From the IMG/VR virus record IMGVR_UViG_2890351070_000001, positions 10,912 through 74,911 of that record: a stretch of DNA of 64,000 nt; one strand, written 5' to 3'. The notes below the pieces were generated by a model. It did not search any database and had not been told where the DNA came from. It saw only the letters and a list, made by a program, of their open reading frames with translations. Source of the stretch: a virus. Lineage: Duplodnaviria > Caudoviricetes. Below, in pieces: positions 36,668-46,363 of this stretch (its first letter is position 1; each line of letters begins with the position of its first letter). The position numbers were made by a program, and so were the translations under genes.

Positions 36668-36759
36668 TCATTTAGTTTGGTTTGTATTTGATATAATATT
36701 CAGTTGGTGCATTATTCTGTTGTGGCAACTTATAGTAGATTTATTTGAGGGGATAAATA

Positions 36760-37881
36760 ATGAAAAAAATCAAACTAGTTTCTAGTGCTTTTTTGATGGC
36801 GACAATGTTGAGCGGCTGTGAATACCTGAGGGCAGCATCTTTTCAAAAAGCCAATGATACCGGAATTAGCAAAGGTCAGTTTTCTAGCTTAGTTTATATG
36901 AATAAAAGTCAACATGTATCCGATGCATTTAATGACAAAGAAGAATATAATCAACTGGTGGAATGGGATCTTGAGTTAGATAAGGCTATTAACGTGTGCT
37001 TAACGCCTCCACCTATACCTCCAATTCCATTGCCATCTGATGTAATGCCTCTTAATTCCTTAACTGTGGTAGCAGCTCCATTCATTGCGGCGGGGGTTCA
37101 GCTTGCTTTTGGTTTTGCTGTCGATGAGTTGTCGAGCAGAGTTATTGAACTTAAAAAAAGAGGCTCTAAAACATATGCAAAAAATATTGTAGTGCCTGGT
37201 AGTGTGCTGGATGTATCAAATTCAACTGCACTCAACAAAGAAGTTGAGCTTAACGCAAACCAGTCAAATGATGTGATTATAGAATGCTTGCTGCTTCATA
37301 GAAAAACAATGGTTCCCGTTGAAGATAAGAATGGCAAAAAAATAAAAGATGAGAAGGGGAAAATTAAACTTGAACCAAAGATTAAGATGGCAACAGTCGT
37401 TCAAGTCTTGAAGCGGGGAAATGGAGCAGTCTTCAGAACGTCATACTTGCGTTTAGATAATGGTGTTGCTTTGACAAGTAAGCCTAAAAAAGGTGGTTCT
37501 CCTGCCTTAGCTGTTTCATCAGCAATATCTTCTAAAGGACTCAGGAAAAATACAAAAAATCAGGGTGTTGATAAGGTTCTTCTCGCTGCAGAAAGCCTAG
37601 GGACGGTTTTAGTTAAAGTAGGTAGTGAAAAATCGGTTTTTGCTAATTGTGGTTATACTAGGGATGAAGAGAAAGATCTTAGAGAGTGTGGCCCTGAAAG
37701 TGATATTGTGGCTCCTTCAGATGGTACGTTGTTGGGTAGCTCTTACACAGTAGCTATTACTGAGAAGGGGTCTATTGGCTTTGATGCTGACAGAGCAAAA
37801 GCTGAGCTAGATACAGTCAAAGCTGCAATCGGTCCTGTCATCGGTGAGTATGTTAACAATCGGTTGAATCCGCCTGAGTGA
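36760..37881 (+). CDS. lipoprotein moron
   Basis: LSGC lipobox, own AT-rich promoter region, Pro-rich linker and hydrophobic segment. Confidence 0.7.
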   Translation: MKKIKLVSSAFLMATMLSGCEYLRAASFQKANDTGISKGQFSSLVYMNKSQHVSDAFNDKEEYNQLVEWDLELDKAINVCLTPPPIPPIPLPSDVMPLNSLTVVAAPFIAAGVQLAFGFAVDELSSRVIELKKRGSKTYAKNIVVPGSVLDVSNSTALNKEVELNANQSNDVIIECLLLHRKTMVPVEDKNGKKIKDEKGKIKLEPKIKMATVVQVLKRGNGAVFRTSYLRLDNGVALTSKPKKGGSPALAVSSAISSKGLRKNTKNQGVDKVLLAAESLGTVLVKVGSEKSVFANCGYTRDEEKDLRECGPESDIVAPSDGTLLGSSYTVAITEKGSIGFDADRAKAELDTVKAAIGPVIGEYVNNRLNPPE

Positions 37882-37901
37882 AGTAGATCAGAAAGCTTCT
37901 A

Positions 37902-37982
37902 TTGAAATAACTTTCTAAAAATTCTATAATTTCTACGGATACTTACGCCTAAAGCCCTTCTCATTTGAGTTGGGCTTTTTTT
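37902..37982 (+). promoter_or_regulatory. late promoter plus leader terminator
   Basis: TTGAAA-17nt-TATAAT, then TTCTACGGATAC, then AGCCC...GGGC-T run just before terS RBS. Confidence 0.75.
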
Positions 37983-37995
37983 GTGGAGAAAGCAA

Positions 37996-38448
37996 ATGAG
38001 CCTCACCGATAAACAGCAACGCTTTGTTGAGGAATACCTGATTGACCTCAATGCAACGCAGGCTGCGATAAGGGCTGGACACAGCATCAAAACGGCAAGA
38101 CAGATAGGTTCCGAGAACTTGTCAAAACCAGATATTGCAGTTGCTATTGCTCAAGGCATGGAAAGCCGAAGTGAACGTACTGAGATTAACGCGGATTGGG
38201 TTTTAAATGGTGCTGTGGAGTTGTTCAATAAATCTATGCAGCACGAAGGCTTGGTCGATGAAAACGGAGACCCTGTCGGCGAGTATAAATTCAACGCTGC
38301 GGGAGCTGGTAAAGCACTGGATCTTGTAGGCAAGCATGTTGATGTCCAGGCATTCAAAGAAAGAGTAGAGCACACCGTCGAGGGCGAGCTTATGGAGAGG
38401 CTTTTGGCTGGTCGTAAGCGCTTGAACGAGGAAGCGGATGGCGAGTAA
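37996..38448 (+). CDS. terS: terminase small subunit
   Basis: LTDKQQRFVEEYLIDLNATQAAIRAG...ALDLVGKH. Confidence 0.93.
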   Translation: MSLTDKQQRFVEEYLIDLNATQAAIRAGHSIKTARQIGSENLSKPDIAVAIAQGMESRSERTEINADWVLNGAVELFNKSMQHEGLVDENGDPVGEYKFNAAGAGKALDLVGKHVDVQAFKERVEHTVEGELMERLLAGRKRLNEEADGE

Positions 38449-39901
38449 GGTTGATCTCGATATTGCTGAGGATTGCTCACGCTTCTACGCTGACCCATTA
38501 GGTTTTGTGGTATGGGCTTTCAATTGGGGTAAGGGTGATCTTGCTGGCTTTGAGGGGCCTAGAGATTGGCAGAGAAAGTATCTCACTGAGCTTGGTGAGC
38601 AGATCAAGAACCGTAACTTTGATGGTCTTCACCCGGTTGCGCCGATGGATATGGCGACAAGCTCAGGACACGGCATTGGCAAATCAGCAATGTCGGCCTG
38701 GCTTATCCTTTTTGTTATGTCCACACGGCCCTTCGCTAAAGGCGTTGTAACATCCAATACAAGCGACCAGCTAAAGACCAAGACGTGGGCCGAGCTTGGC
38801 AAGTGGCATAAACGCTGCTTAACGGGCCACTGGTTCACATACAACGCCAGCAAGGGAAATATGAACCTCATCCACAAAAGGCACCCTGAGAGTTGGCGAG
38901 TGGATGCTCAGACGTGTCGCGAGGAAAACTCTGAAAGCTTTGCCGGATTGCACGCCGCAAACTCAACACCGTTCTATCTCTTTGATGAAGCATCCGCAGT
39001 GCCTGATAAAATCTGGGAGGTTTCTGACGGCGGTTTGACCGATGGCGAACCTATGCGCTTTGTCTTTGGCAACCCAACACGAAACACAGGTCGCTTCTTT
39101 GAGTGCTTCAACCGGTTACGCCATAGATGGAATACACGGCAGATTGATAGCCGCAATGTAGCCGGCACAAACGACAATCTCATGGCCCAGTGGGTAGAAG
39201 ACTACGGCGAAGATAGTGATTTTGTCCGTGTTCGTGTCCGTGGCGTCTTCCCTCGGGCTGGATCTACCCAGTTCATCAGTTCTGAACTTGTCGAGAACGC
39301 CCAGAAATGTGACCTACAGGACAATCTCAACATGCCGTTGGTCATCGGTGTAGATGTGGCCCGTTTTGGTGATGATCAGTCCGTTATTCTCGTTCGGCGT
39401 GGCCGCAAGGTTTTAGAAATAACAAAGTACCGTGTGGATACCATGACATTGGTTGGTCATGTGATTGAGATGATCCGCAAGTGGAAGCCTGATGGTGTGC
39501 TGGTTGATGGTGTGGGCGTTGGTGGTGGCGTTGTCGATCGTCTAAAGCAATTGGGTCATGACTGTATTGATGTGAATGCAGGAGCCAGAGCACATGACCA
39601 GAAAACCTACATGAACAAACGTGCTGAAATGTGGGGCAAAATGCGCGACTGGCTCAAGGGTGGTGATATCCCCGCTGATGATCAGGAGCTTGAAACTGAC
39701 CTCACAGCGATTGAGTACGGCTTTGATGCCAAGAACAGACTACAGCTTGAGCGCAAGGAAGACATGAAGAAGCGCGGGCTGCACTCGCCTGATGTGGCGG
39801 ATGCACTGGCGCTCACCTTTGCCGAGGACATCGTTAAGTGGTCAGAGGATGATTACGGCGATATGGAGGTCGCTATCTCGGATTATGAGCCGGGGGGTTA
39901 A
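38438..39901 (+). CDS. terL: terminase large subunit
   Basis: Walker A SGHGIGKS, Walker B LFDEAS, GNPT, GVDVARFGDD, SPDVADALALTF. Confidence 0.95.
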   Translation: MASKVDLDIAEDCSRFYADPLGFVVWAFNWGKGDLAGFEGPRDWQRKYLTELGEQIKNRNFDGLHPVAPMDMATSSGHGIGKSAMSAWLILFVMSTRPFAKGVVTSNTSDQLKTKTWAELGKWHKRCLTGHWFTYNASKGNMNLIHKRHPESWRVDAQTCREENSESFAGLHAANSTPFYLFDEASAVPDKIWEVSDGGLTDGEPMRFVFGNPTRNTGRFFECFNRLRHRWNTRQIDSRNVAGTNDNLMAQWVEDYGEDSDFVRVRVRGVFPRAGSTQFISSELVENAQKCDLQDNLNMPLVIGVDVARFGDDQSVILVRRGRKVLEITKYRVDTMTLVGHVIEMIRKWKPDGVLVDGVGVGGGVVDRLKQLGHDCIDVNAGARAHDQKTYMNKRAEMWGKMRDWLKGGDIPADDQELETDLTAIEYGFDAKNRLQLERKEDMKKRGLHSPDVADALALTFAEDIVKWSEDDYGDMEVAISDYEPGG

Positions 39902-40521
39902 CCAGAGATAGTTCCAATGTAAGATAATACGCCTACAAATATAGCAACTACAGCGATACAGAGAGATGCAACTGTTGCTGTATACCCAAACAGGGCTGTT
40001 CTTGAAGGCATCTTTGCTAAGGATAAGATTATCGCTCGCTGATCGTCACGTAATCCTCGAATTTCTTTATTAGTGTCTTTGATATCATTTCTGATATCGT
40101 CCATATCTCTACGAATGTATTCGAAGTGAGTTTCTAGCTTAGCTACTCTTTCTTCCATCTCGTCGTGCTCTCCTTCGCCTGCAGGCGTGGTTTCATACTG
40201 CTCTTCGGCCGCTTCTTCGTCAAGTTCACTGTCCATATCGGCCCAGTCCAAGCCGGGATATTCAGTAGCCGTCTCGTCTTCTGCCTGAGCGTGGGCAATT
40301 GCCTTCGTGGCCTCTAGTAATGCTTTTGCCGCCTCGTTTGAAATACGGCCAAACGATGGGGGAACAGAATTTTCACTGGCTTGGCGAGTTAAAAAACTAG
40401 GCAGTTCCCCTTCTCTTTTGTATTTCTTTATTCTAGTAAATTTACCTCGACTACCTTTACTAACTGTAAATGTGCCTGAGTTTTCTATGTAATGTTTTGT
40501 TTTCTTATCGCTGGCTGCCAT
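39898..40521 (-). CDS. hypothetical protein with coiled coil and C-terminal membrane anchor
   Basis: MEERVAKLE...coiled coil...hydrophobic tail. Confidence 0.6.
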   Translation of the reverse strand: MAASDKKTKHYIENSGTFTVSKGSRGKFTRIKKYKREGELPSFLTRQASENSVPPSFGRISNEAAKALLEATKAIAHAQAEDETATEYPGLDWADMDSELDEEAAEEQYETTPAGEGEHDEMEERVAKLETHFEYIRRDMDDIRNDIKDTNKEIRGLRDDQRAIILSLAKMPSRTALFGYTATVASLCIAVVAIFVGVLSYIGTISG

Positions 40522-40559
40522 GATTTATCTCTAATATATGGTTATTTATCAATTAGATA

Positions 40560-40691
40560 TCAATGACAGTGATAGCCGCCAGTTGCGGTTTCATTGTGAC
40601 AGCCGTTTGAATCTGTCCCACCTGAGTGTGAATAAGCAGCAGAAATTCCCAAAGCCAGAACGGCAATGATAGCAAGAATAGATTGTTTCAT
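40560..40691 (-). CDS. 43-aa exported His/Cys peptide (YHYH-domain-type), copy 1
   Basis: MKQSILAIIAVLALGISAAYS-HSGGTDSNGCHNETATGGYHCH; below ORF-track cutoff; GGGGGAG RBS. Confidence 0.8.
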   Translation of the reverse strand: MKQSILAIIAVLALGISAAYSHSGGTDSNGCHNETATGGYHCH

Positions 40692-40755
40692 TGATTACTC
40701 CCCCGTTTAACGCGAAAAATATTGCGCCTAAAGGTTGCGGGAGTCAAGGTTGCGT

Positions 40756-41145
40756 CTAATCGAACGCCTCAACCTGTTGTTGTGTGAGTGTGTTGGGCTG
40801 TTTCTTGATGAGAAAGTAAATACGGAAGAAGTCGAAGAAGAGGACAAGAGGTAGTAGCCAGCCTGACACAATGTAGCTTGTTCCAATTATTATTGCTAAC
40901 AAATCATGCCTTTGAAATTTATTTATTAGTCCCTCTACCCCTAATCCTAGCAACCAAGTTAGTTTAGTATAAATAACGAAAGGGCCATTTCGTGTGTCTA
41001 AAAGCACGATAGTTAGGAAAATAAAGAACACCCCAACCACACTCATGGCCAAAGCACTCCATCGCTTCCCCAAATACCACCGATGCCCACCGAAGACACC
41101 AGTGAACAGCCAGAGTAAGTACGCTATGGGCAAGGATTTATTCAT
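40756..41145 (-). CDS. TM2-domain membrane protein
   Basis: KSLPIAYLLWLFTGVFGGHRWYLG. Confidence 0.85.
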   Translation of the reverse strand: MNKSLPIAYLLWLFTGVFGGHRWYLGKRWSALAMSVVGVFFIFLTIVLLDTRNGPFVIYTKLTWLLGLGVEGLINKFQRHDLLAIIIGTSYIVSGWLLPLVLFFDFFRIYFLIKKQPNTLTQQQVEAFD

Positions 41146-41151
41146 GGGGAT

Positions 41152-41979
41152 TTAAAGTTCTTTTATATCTAAACCATACTCAGTGTCACTCATTTGAGCT
41201 CGTACAATTTTTATTTCTGTTGGGTATTCTGTGATTAATTTTCTTATGAAGATTTCGTTTGAAGAAGAAATATTACTTCCAAGGATAACTGCATCTAGTG
41301 CTTCTGGGGGAAAGTAGAAAAATTTTCTAACTTTCCGAGAGATATTATTTTTAGGCGGGATTTCGATCAAACGATACTCTTTCTCATACGCCCACTGTGA
41401 TGATTTTGTTAAAAGTGCCTTTTTGTATCGAAGCTCATCATTGTCTTTTATTAGATTTATAATTGGGCGGTTTTCTTCATAAAATACAGGAAAGGCATTT
41501 TTTAATCGGGATCTGCTATTCACTAGATTGAGGCGCAAGCATATTCCTTCGTGGTTTCCCCCATAATGTGACCACATTAATATGTTGCTGCAATTTGCAG
41601 AGAGAGACAATACCCGTGATACATTCGCTAATAATTTCCTAGCGTCATTTTTTCCCTTATTGAACAACTCATTGTCAGTTGATTGTTTTCTTAACCTCTT
41701 TAACCCTTGTCTAACTTTCTTCCGAGTTTGACTTTTTGTGAATTTTCGAGCGTCTTCTTCAATTAAATCTCTTAGATAGAGTTTCCGTGCGTATGATGAT
41801 GCTTCCCAACTGTATGCTGGGCAGCAGTCAAAAGGATCATTAAACTGAGAGGGAGTGGCACAATAAAGACGTTTATGTGTGAATATCTCTGAAACTTTTC
41901 TTAAGTCATCAGGATTTGATAGAGCTCTGTATTTGTACAAGAATTCAGGCGGGTCTTGTGAAATGAAATCTGCTGTCAT
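41152..41979 (-). CDS. DUF2971 domain protein
   Basis: LYKYR, FNDPFDC, LMWSHYG..HEGICL, TKS..WAYEKEYR. Confidence 0.88.
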   Translation of the reverse strand: MTADFISQDPPEFLYKYRALSNPDDLRKVSEIFTHKRLYCATPSQFNDPFDCCPAYSWEASSYARKLYLRDLIEEDARKFTKSQTRKKVRQGLKRLRKQSTDNELFNKGKNDARKLLANVSRVLSLSANCSNILMWSHYGGNHEGICLRLNLVNSRSRLKNAFPVFYEENRPIINLIKDNDELRYKKALLTKSSQWAYEKEYRLIEIPPKNNISRKVRKFFYFPPEALDAVILGSNISSSNEIFIRKLITEYPTEIKIVRAQMSDTEYGLDIKEL

Positions 41980-42029
41980 TGCATGATCTTCTTAAATATC
42001 ACTCAAACAAAGAAGGAAGAGGGCGAGGG

Positions 42030-42689
42030 TTAGAAGGGAATTTCATTTCCCTCGTATCTTGTGTCGGGTTTCGAATAAATATCTTCTTTAGAAGCTAGTC
42101 TGCTTTTTTCAAGAAAATCAGATATTGTGAAAAAACCAGTCCAGTTCACGTAAGCACTGATTTCTTCTTCTGTGTGCCAGTTCACGTCATATATTGCGAC
42201 GCCTTTTGATTCAATATCTGTTCTTTTTGGACCCGTTTTGTTAATTACCCTTAGATACCAATAGTTATTGGTATTTATCTCTTGGTCGATAATATTTTCA
42301 ATTAAGTTCATGTATTTATTGAATTCTTGAGTGTCTATTGGAAGTATCCATTCTGTGCTGTCAAAAGTAATTCCTGCACTTAACAAATTCTTCGCCACTT
42401 CTCTTACTTCACTTTCTGGTGCGTAAAGGCGTACACCGCTTCCATACATTTTAGGCCGGGTGGGTTGCCCTATCGTATCCTCTGCTTCAGAATCATTAAC
42501 AAACACGATGCCTTGAGATTCGAGGCAGGCTATAGCAATGTCGTAACTGGCAATAGAAATATTTTCAGTACCTTTGTTTTCCATTCTTTGGATAGTCGAA
42601 ATCCCTAAGCCAGTTGCATTTGCTAGATCAGTAGCCGACCATTTTATTAGCGCGCGCGCGGCACGAATTTGTGATGCAGATATTATCAT
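42030..42689 (-). CDS. XRE-family HTH regulator
   Basis: SQIRAARALIKWSATDLANATGLGISTIQRME. Confidence 0.85.
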   Translation of the reverse strand: MIISASQIRAARALIKWSATDLANATGLGISTIQRMENKGTENISIASYDIAIACLESQGIVFVNDSEAEDTIGQPTRPKMYGSGVRLYAPESEVREVAKNLLSAGITFDSTEWILPIDTQEFNKYMNLIENIIDQEINTNNYWYLRVINKTGPKRTDIESKGVAIYDVNWHTEEEISAYVNWTGFFTISDFLEKSRLASKEDIYSKPDTRYEGNEIPF

Positions 42690-42783
42690 TGTGATCTTTT
42701 TTGTTTACATTGAACTAAATTGGTTCTATTTTATTGCCTGTGATATAAAATCGCTCAATAATTACTATGGAAAGATATCTATC

Positions 42784-42963
42784 ATGTCCAATCAAAACCA
42801 TAATAAGGTCCTGTGTTCTGTTCCAATTACCGAAGATCTAGGGGTACGCATTAGTAATTGGAGACGTAAACAACCAATTATTCCGAGCAGAGCGCAAGCG
42901 CTTGTGTATCTTGTCAACAAAGGCCTAGCCGCAGAGGAGGCCGCACATGTCACACATGACTGA
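42784..42963 (+). CDS. ribbon-helix-helix (Arc-like) regulator
   Basis: SVPI......I.NWRRKQP.IPSRAQAL..LV.KGL. Confidence 0.65.
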   Translation: MSNQNHNKVLCSVPITEDLGVRISNWRRKQPIIPSRAQALVYLVNKGLAAEEAAHVTHD

Positions 42964-43249
42964 CCTATGGGCCGCTTATCGCAAGCACGAAGACAAAGCG
43001 GATACATATGGCAAAGAAGATGTGCCAGATAGCTGGTTCACAGAAGCCCGTAAAATAGAGCTCGGTATCACTGAGAACACACCGCAAACCGCAGAAGACG
43101 TGGTTGTTAAGCTGAAACTGCTTAGGGAATACGTGAAGTTTAGTTGCGGAGATACCGAAGAAAAGCTGATCGATTGTGTGATCAGTTCCCTACAAAAAGA
43201 AATACCGATGACCAGTGCGTCGAAACATAAGGTCATCGGTACTTACTAG
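42947..43249 (+). CDS. hypothetical protein
   Basis: GAGGAGG RBS; P.T.ED..VKL pattern. Confidence 0.6.
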   Translation: MSHMTDLWAAYRKHEDKADTYGKEDVPDSWFTEARKIELGITENTPQTAEDVVVKLKLLREYVKFSCGDTEEKLIDCVISSLQKEIPMTSASKHKVIGTY

Positions 43250-43274
43250 AACGCTCCAAGAAAGGAGACATTAC

Positions 43275-44033
43275 ATGCTTAATTTAGTCCCAACACCGAA
43301 AAATAACAACCCCATCATTATCGATGGTCAAGAATTGCCATGTGATGAGTATGGTCGAGTGCACTTGAATTCACTTCATAAGTTGAGTGGTGCAGGGGGG
43401 CATAAGCGCCCCTATGAATGGCTTCGATTGATTGCCACTCAGCAATTATTAGAGGAATACTCCCAGAACGATGATACCCGTTCTGGCGTTTCGACCCAAA
43501 ACGGCGGCTCCAACTCTGGGACTTACGCGAACGAACTTTTAGCTGTTTCATATGCAGGATGGATCAGCCCTGCTTTTCAACTCAAAGTGAATGCCGTTTT
43601 CTTGGCGGTACGTAATGGTGAGATTCAATCAGCAATCCCCCAGACCAGAGCCGAGATACTGAGGCTTGCTTTAGAGGTTGAGGAAAAGAATGAGCAATTA
43701 ACCGCGGAGAATAAACAGTAAGAAATCGAGGTCCAAAAGAACGAGGGTAAGGCGAATTTCATGGACCAGTTCGTTAATGCTGATGGTTTATATGGGATAC
43801 AAAATGCAGGTCGAGCATTAGGGTGCAAACCAAACCTGTTCAGCCGTTGGCTCAAGCAGGACTATCTATTCTATCAAGGCAACGCCCTTGTTCCTAAAGC
43901 TAAATTTATACAGCAAGGCATATTCGAAGTGAAAAGCACGATCATTGACGATAAGGCGAGGCCCAGAGCATTCGTTACACCAAAAGGGCTGGAATACCTA
44001 GCACCTCGAACGCCGGAAAATGTGAGAGTATAG
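43275..44033 (+). pseudogene. antirepressor (KilA-N plus KilAC/ANT) interrupted by in-frame TAA at 43719-43721
   Basis: KilA-N motifs LNSLHK, GTYA..LLAVSYAGWISPAF; frame continues after TAA into KANFMDQFV...FVTPKGLEYL. Confidence 0.82.
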
Positions 44034-44127
44034 AGTAGGAGAGGCTCCATTTTGGAGCCTTTTCTTTTATAGACAGATAAAGTAGTGATATGCACTTAGT
44101 TATGCACGTGTTGATTGGGGGGAAGTA

Positions 44128-44496
44128 ATGTTTCGTTTGTCGGTATTAATAATAGGGTTAGCTCTTGTTGTGTCTGGATGTAATTCAAGACAAATTGGTT
44201 TAACTGGCTCTGGTCCAATACAGCTAGGTCCAGAAATTTATGGTCAATACTTAGAGTATCTAGATTCTAACCCCATAGTATTTTCTGTCTCTGCAGATGG
44301 TCGCACAGGTTGGCATGCCTATACTTGCAAACAAACAATATGCAGGCCTGATATTAACCACTTGAAACAGATTTCAGTACAGTCATGCGAAATAAGGGCA
44401 GGTAAATATATGGATAACGAGGATGTTGTTTGTAAAGTGTACGATGTAAATGGAAGAATTGTTTGGGATCAATCCGGCCCACCAGTTGTAAAATAA
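44128..44496 (+). CDS. Cys-rich lipoprotein moron
   Basis: LVVSGC lipobox. Confidence 0.7.
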   Translation: MFRLSVLIIGLALVVSGCNSRQIGLTGSGPIQLGPEIYGQYLEYLDSNPIVFSVSADGRTGWHAYTCKQTICRPDINHLKQISVQSCEIRAGKYMDNEDVVCKVYDVNGRIVWDQSGPPVVK

Positions 44497-44565
44497 CTCT
44501 AAGATAATATTGTTTCTTTAAAACTCAACTAAGGCCCTTCGGGGCTTTTTTAGCGGGGCCAGTCC

Positions 44566-44694
44566 TTAATGGCAGTGATAAGACCCAGTTTTGTGGTTTG
44601 TGTGGCAGCCATTAGCATCAGTTCCGCCAGAGTGTGCGTAAGCAGCCGATGCACTGAGGGCTAGGATAGCAAGCGTTGCGAGTAAGCGTTTCAT
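44566..44694 (-). CDS. 42-aa exported His/Cys peptide (YHYH-domain-type), copy 2
   Basis: MKRLLATLAILALSASAAYA-HSGGTDANGCHTNHKTGSYHCH; GGAG RBS. Confidence 0.8.
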   Translation of the reverse strand: MKRLLATLAILALSASAAYAHSGGTDANGCHTNHKTGSYHCH

Positions 44695-44726
44695 TTTTGT
44701 CTCCATTGTTCCCATTGCGTTCTAAC

Positions 44727-44951
44727 TCAATCACAAACTTTAGTGTAACCTGATCCTGTACAATTACCCCTGTTGTCAGATCCCCATTCTCCATCAAGAG
44801 AATACAAAAATGCACCCATAGAGCCTACAATCACAATAAGCCCTACCCATTCAATAGCCTTACTCTTAAGCTCCTCTTTCTTTTCTTGCCTTAGAGCATT
44901 TCTCTTTTGTAGTTCGTCCATGTTGCGTTCTAACTCAATATCTCGTATCAT
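44727..44951 (-). CDS. small single-pass membrane protein
   Basis: One TM helix, C-terminal Cys pair; bounded by 17-bp direct repeats. Confidence 0.5.
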   Translation of the reverse strand: MIRDIELERNMDELQKRNALRQEKKEELKSKAIEWVGLIVIVGSMGAFLYSLDGEWGSDNRGNCTGSGYTKVCD

Positions 44952-45001
44952 TCTCGCGGGCTAGTTCGCCCAAAGGCTCTGCAAACGCAGGGCCTTTTTT
45001 G

Positions 45002-45358
45002 TTATGTGTTTGGGTCTTCAAACCAGCAGAAGCCAGTTGTTCCATTTGAAGAATAACATCGACGGGTTAAGTCAGTTGTTTGCTCTATAGGTTGCTTGTG
45101 ACAGTTCGCAACAACCTTACCGCAGACTGTGGCTTCTTTGGCTGTGGAAAGGTGTTTTGTATCGGCAGCGCAGACATCACTAGAAAGGAGTGATGATGTG
45201 CAGTTGTAGTTGTTTCTATAATCAGAACCAACGCCTGCACCACCAAGAGCATCAAGTGATCCAGTTATTAGACCGGGACCGAAGCTATTCAGATGAAATG
45301 AATTACAGGCAGACAAGCTTATAATTAAACAACCGATCACGTTAAACCGAACAAACAT
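45002..45358 (-). CDS. Cys-rich lipoprotein moron
   Basis: LSAC lipobox, multiple cysteines. Confidence 0.6.
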   Translation of the reverse strand: MFVRFNVIGCLIISLSACNSFHLNSFGPGLITGSLDALGGAGVGSDYRNNYNCTSSLLSSDVCAADTKHLSTAKEATVCGKVVANCHKQPIEQTTDLTRRCYSSNGTTGFCWFEDPNT

Positions 45359-45427
45359 AATAACCCCCGTTATCTGCTCTTATGATGAGAGTGGAAACGG
45401 CAAGAGTCAACTATAAGGAGTTGAGAA

Positions 45428-46363
45428 ATGGTATCCAGAGCAGGGCCAGCAGGTGCAGGAAATGCCGAAGCAGCTAGCGGACGCGGTGGCGGTAACTCTA
45501 ATCCTGATAGAGATAGCCCACGTGGCGGGAATAGCAACAAGAGAGATTGGAGTGCAAAAGGAGGCGGTTTCTCGACCAAGAATAAGCCGGGGTTTAGTAA
45601 AGCCAAAACGAAAGCCAAGAAAAGAACAGGGTTTAAGCCGACCCCAGCTCCAGAAGACGATGAGACTTTTAGCCATCCTAATGGTGTTCAATCTCCGGAG
45701 GCAAGACGGGAATATGCGGATCAATATAATAGGGCTAATGGTATTGGCAAATATTCAGGACGGGGGCAAGACTATGGGATGAAAGTTCACCCTAGCGTTC
45801 TACCAGCCCTCAATCCCACTGCTAGAAAATCCATTGCTGAAAAGATAGCTCCCGAGCGTAGTTATGGTAGTGCTTTTGGTAATTTCTTTAGTGGCTTGCT
45901 TGGGCAAAGTTTTGCTAAAGCTGATGTGACTATTGATGATGCGGGACAGATTGCATACGAAGAAAACATCAATCCTGCTGGCTATGCATTTGATCAATTC
46001 GCACAAGGCATTCCGGGGGGCGGTTTTTTCTCGGCAGGTATCGGCACGAGTGAGTATTTTGGTGGCCCTGGTATTCCTGGAGGAATAAAAAGCACCACAT
46101 CAGCCGAGAAAGTAGATCAGCGTGCGGACGCTAACCGTGATAACCGCCAACGAGCAGGCGCAGGTGTTGGGCAGGGGAATAGAGCAGGGGGCGGTTCTGT
46201 CTTCGAGCGCGCACAACAAGTCCTTTATCCGCAACAAGCGCCAATAGCAGACGAAGACAAGCCGCAGCTAGGCGTAGGAGTGAGCCAAGGCAAGTCTAAG
46301 GTACGTAGAGCGCCGCAGTTATCTGTGTTGAATGTGAAGAGGCCGACGTTTGGGAGGGGTTAG
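45428..46363 (+). CDS. phage hypothetical protein preceding portal
   Basis: AGGAG RBS; homolog of 147-1046. Confidence 0.78.
   Translation: MVSRAGPAGAGNAEAASGRGGGNSNPDRDSPRGGNSNKRDWSAKGGGFSTKNKPGFSKAKTKAKKRTGFKPTPAPEDDETFSHPNGVQSPEARREYADQYNRANGIGKYSGRGQDYGMKVHPSVLPALNPTARKSIAEKIAPERSYGSAFGNFFSGLLGQSFAKADVTIDDAGQIAYEENINPAGYAFDQFAQGIPGGGFFSAGIGTSEYFGGPGIPGGIKSTTSAEKVDQRADANRDNRQRAGAGVGQGNRAGGGSVFERAQQVLYPQQAPIADEDKPQLGVGVSQGKSKVRRAPQLSVLNVKRPTFGRG

Noticed and set aside
43719-43721. Readthrough of the antirepressor stop by the CUA-hairpin RNA
   Set aside because: The stop is TAA (ochre), which a CUA anticodon would not read
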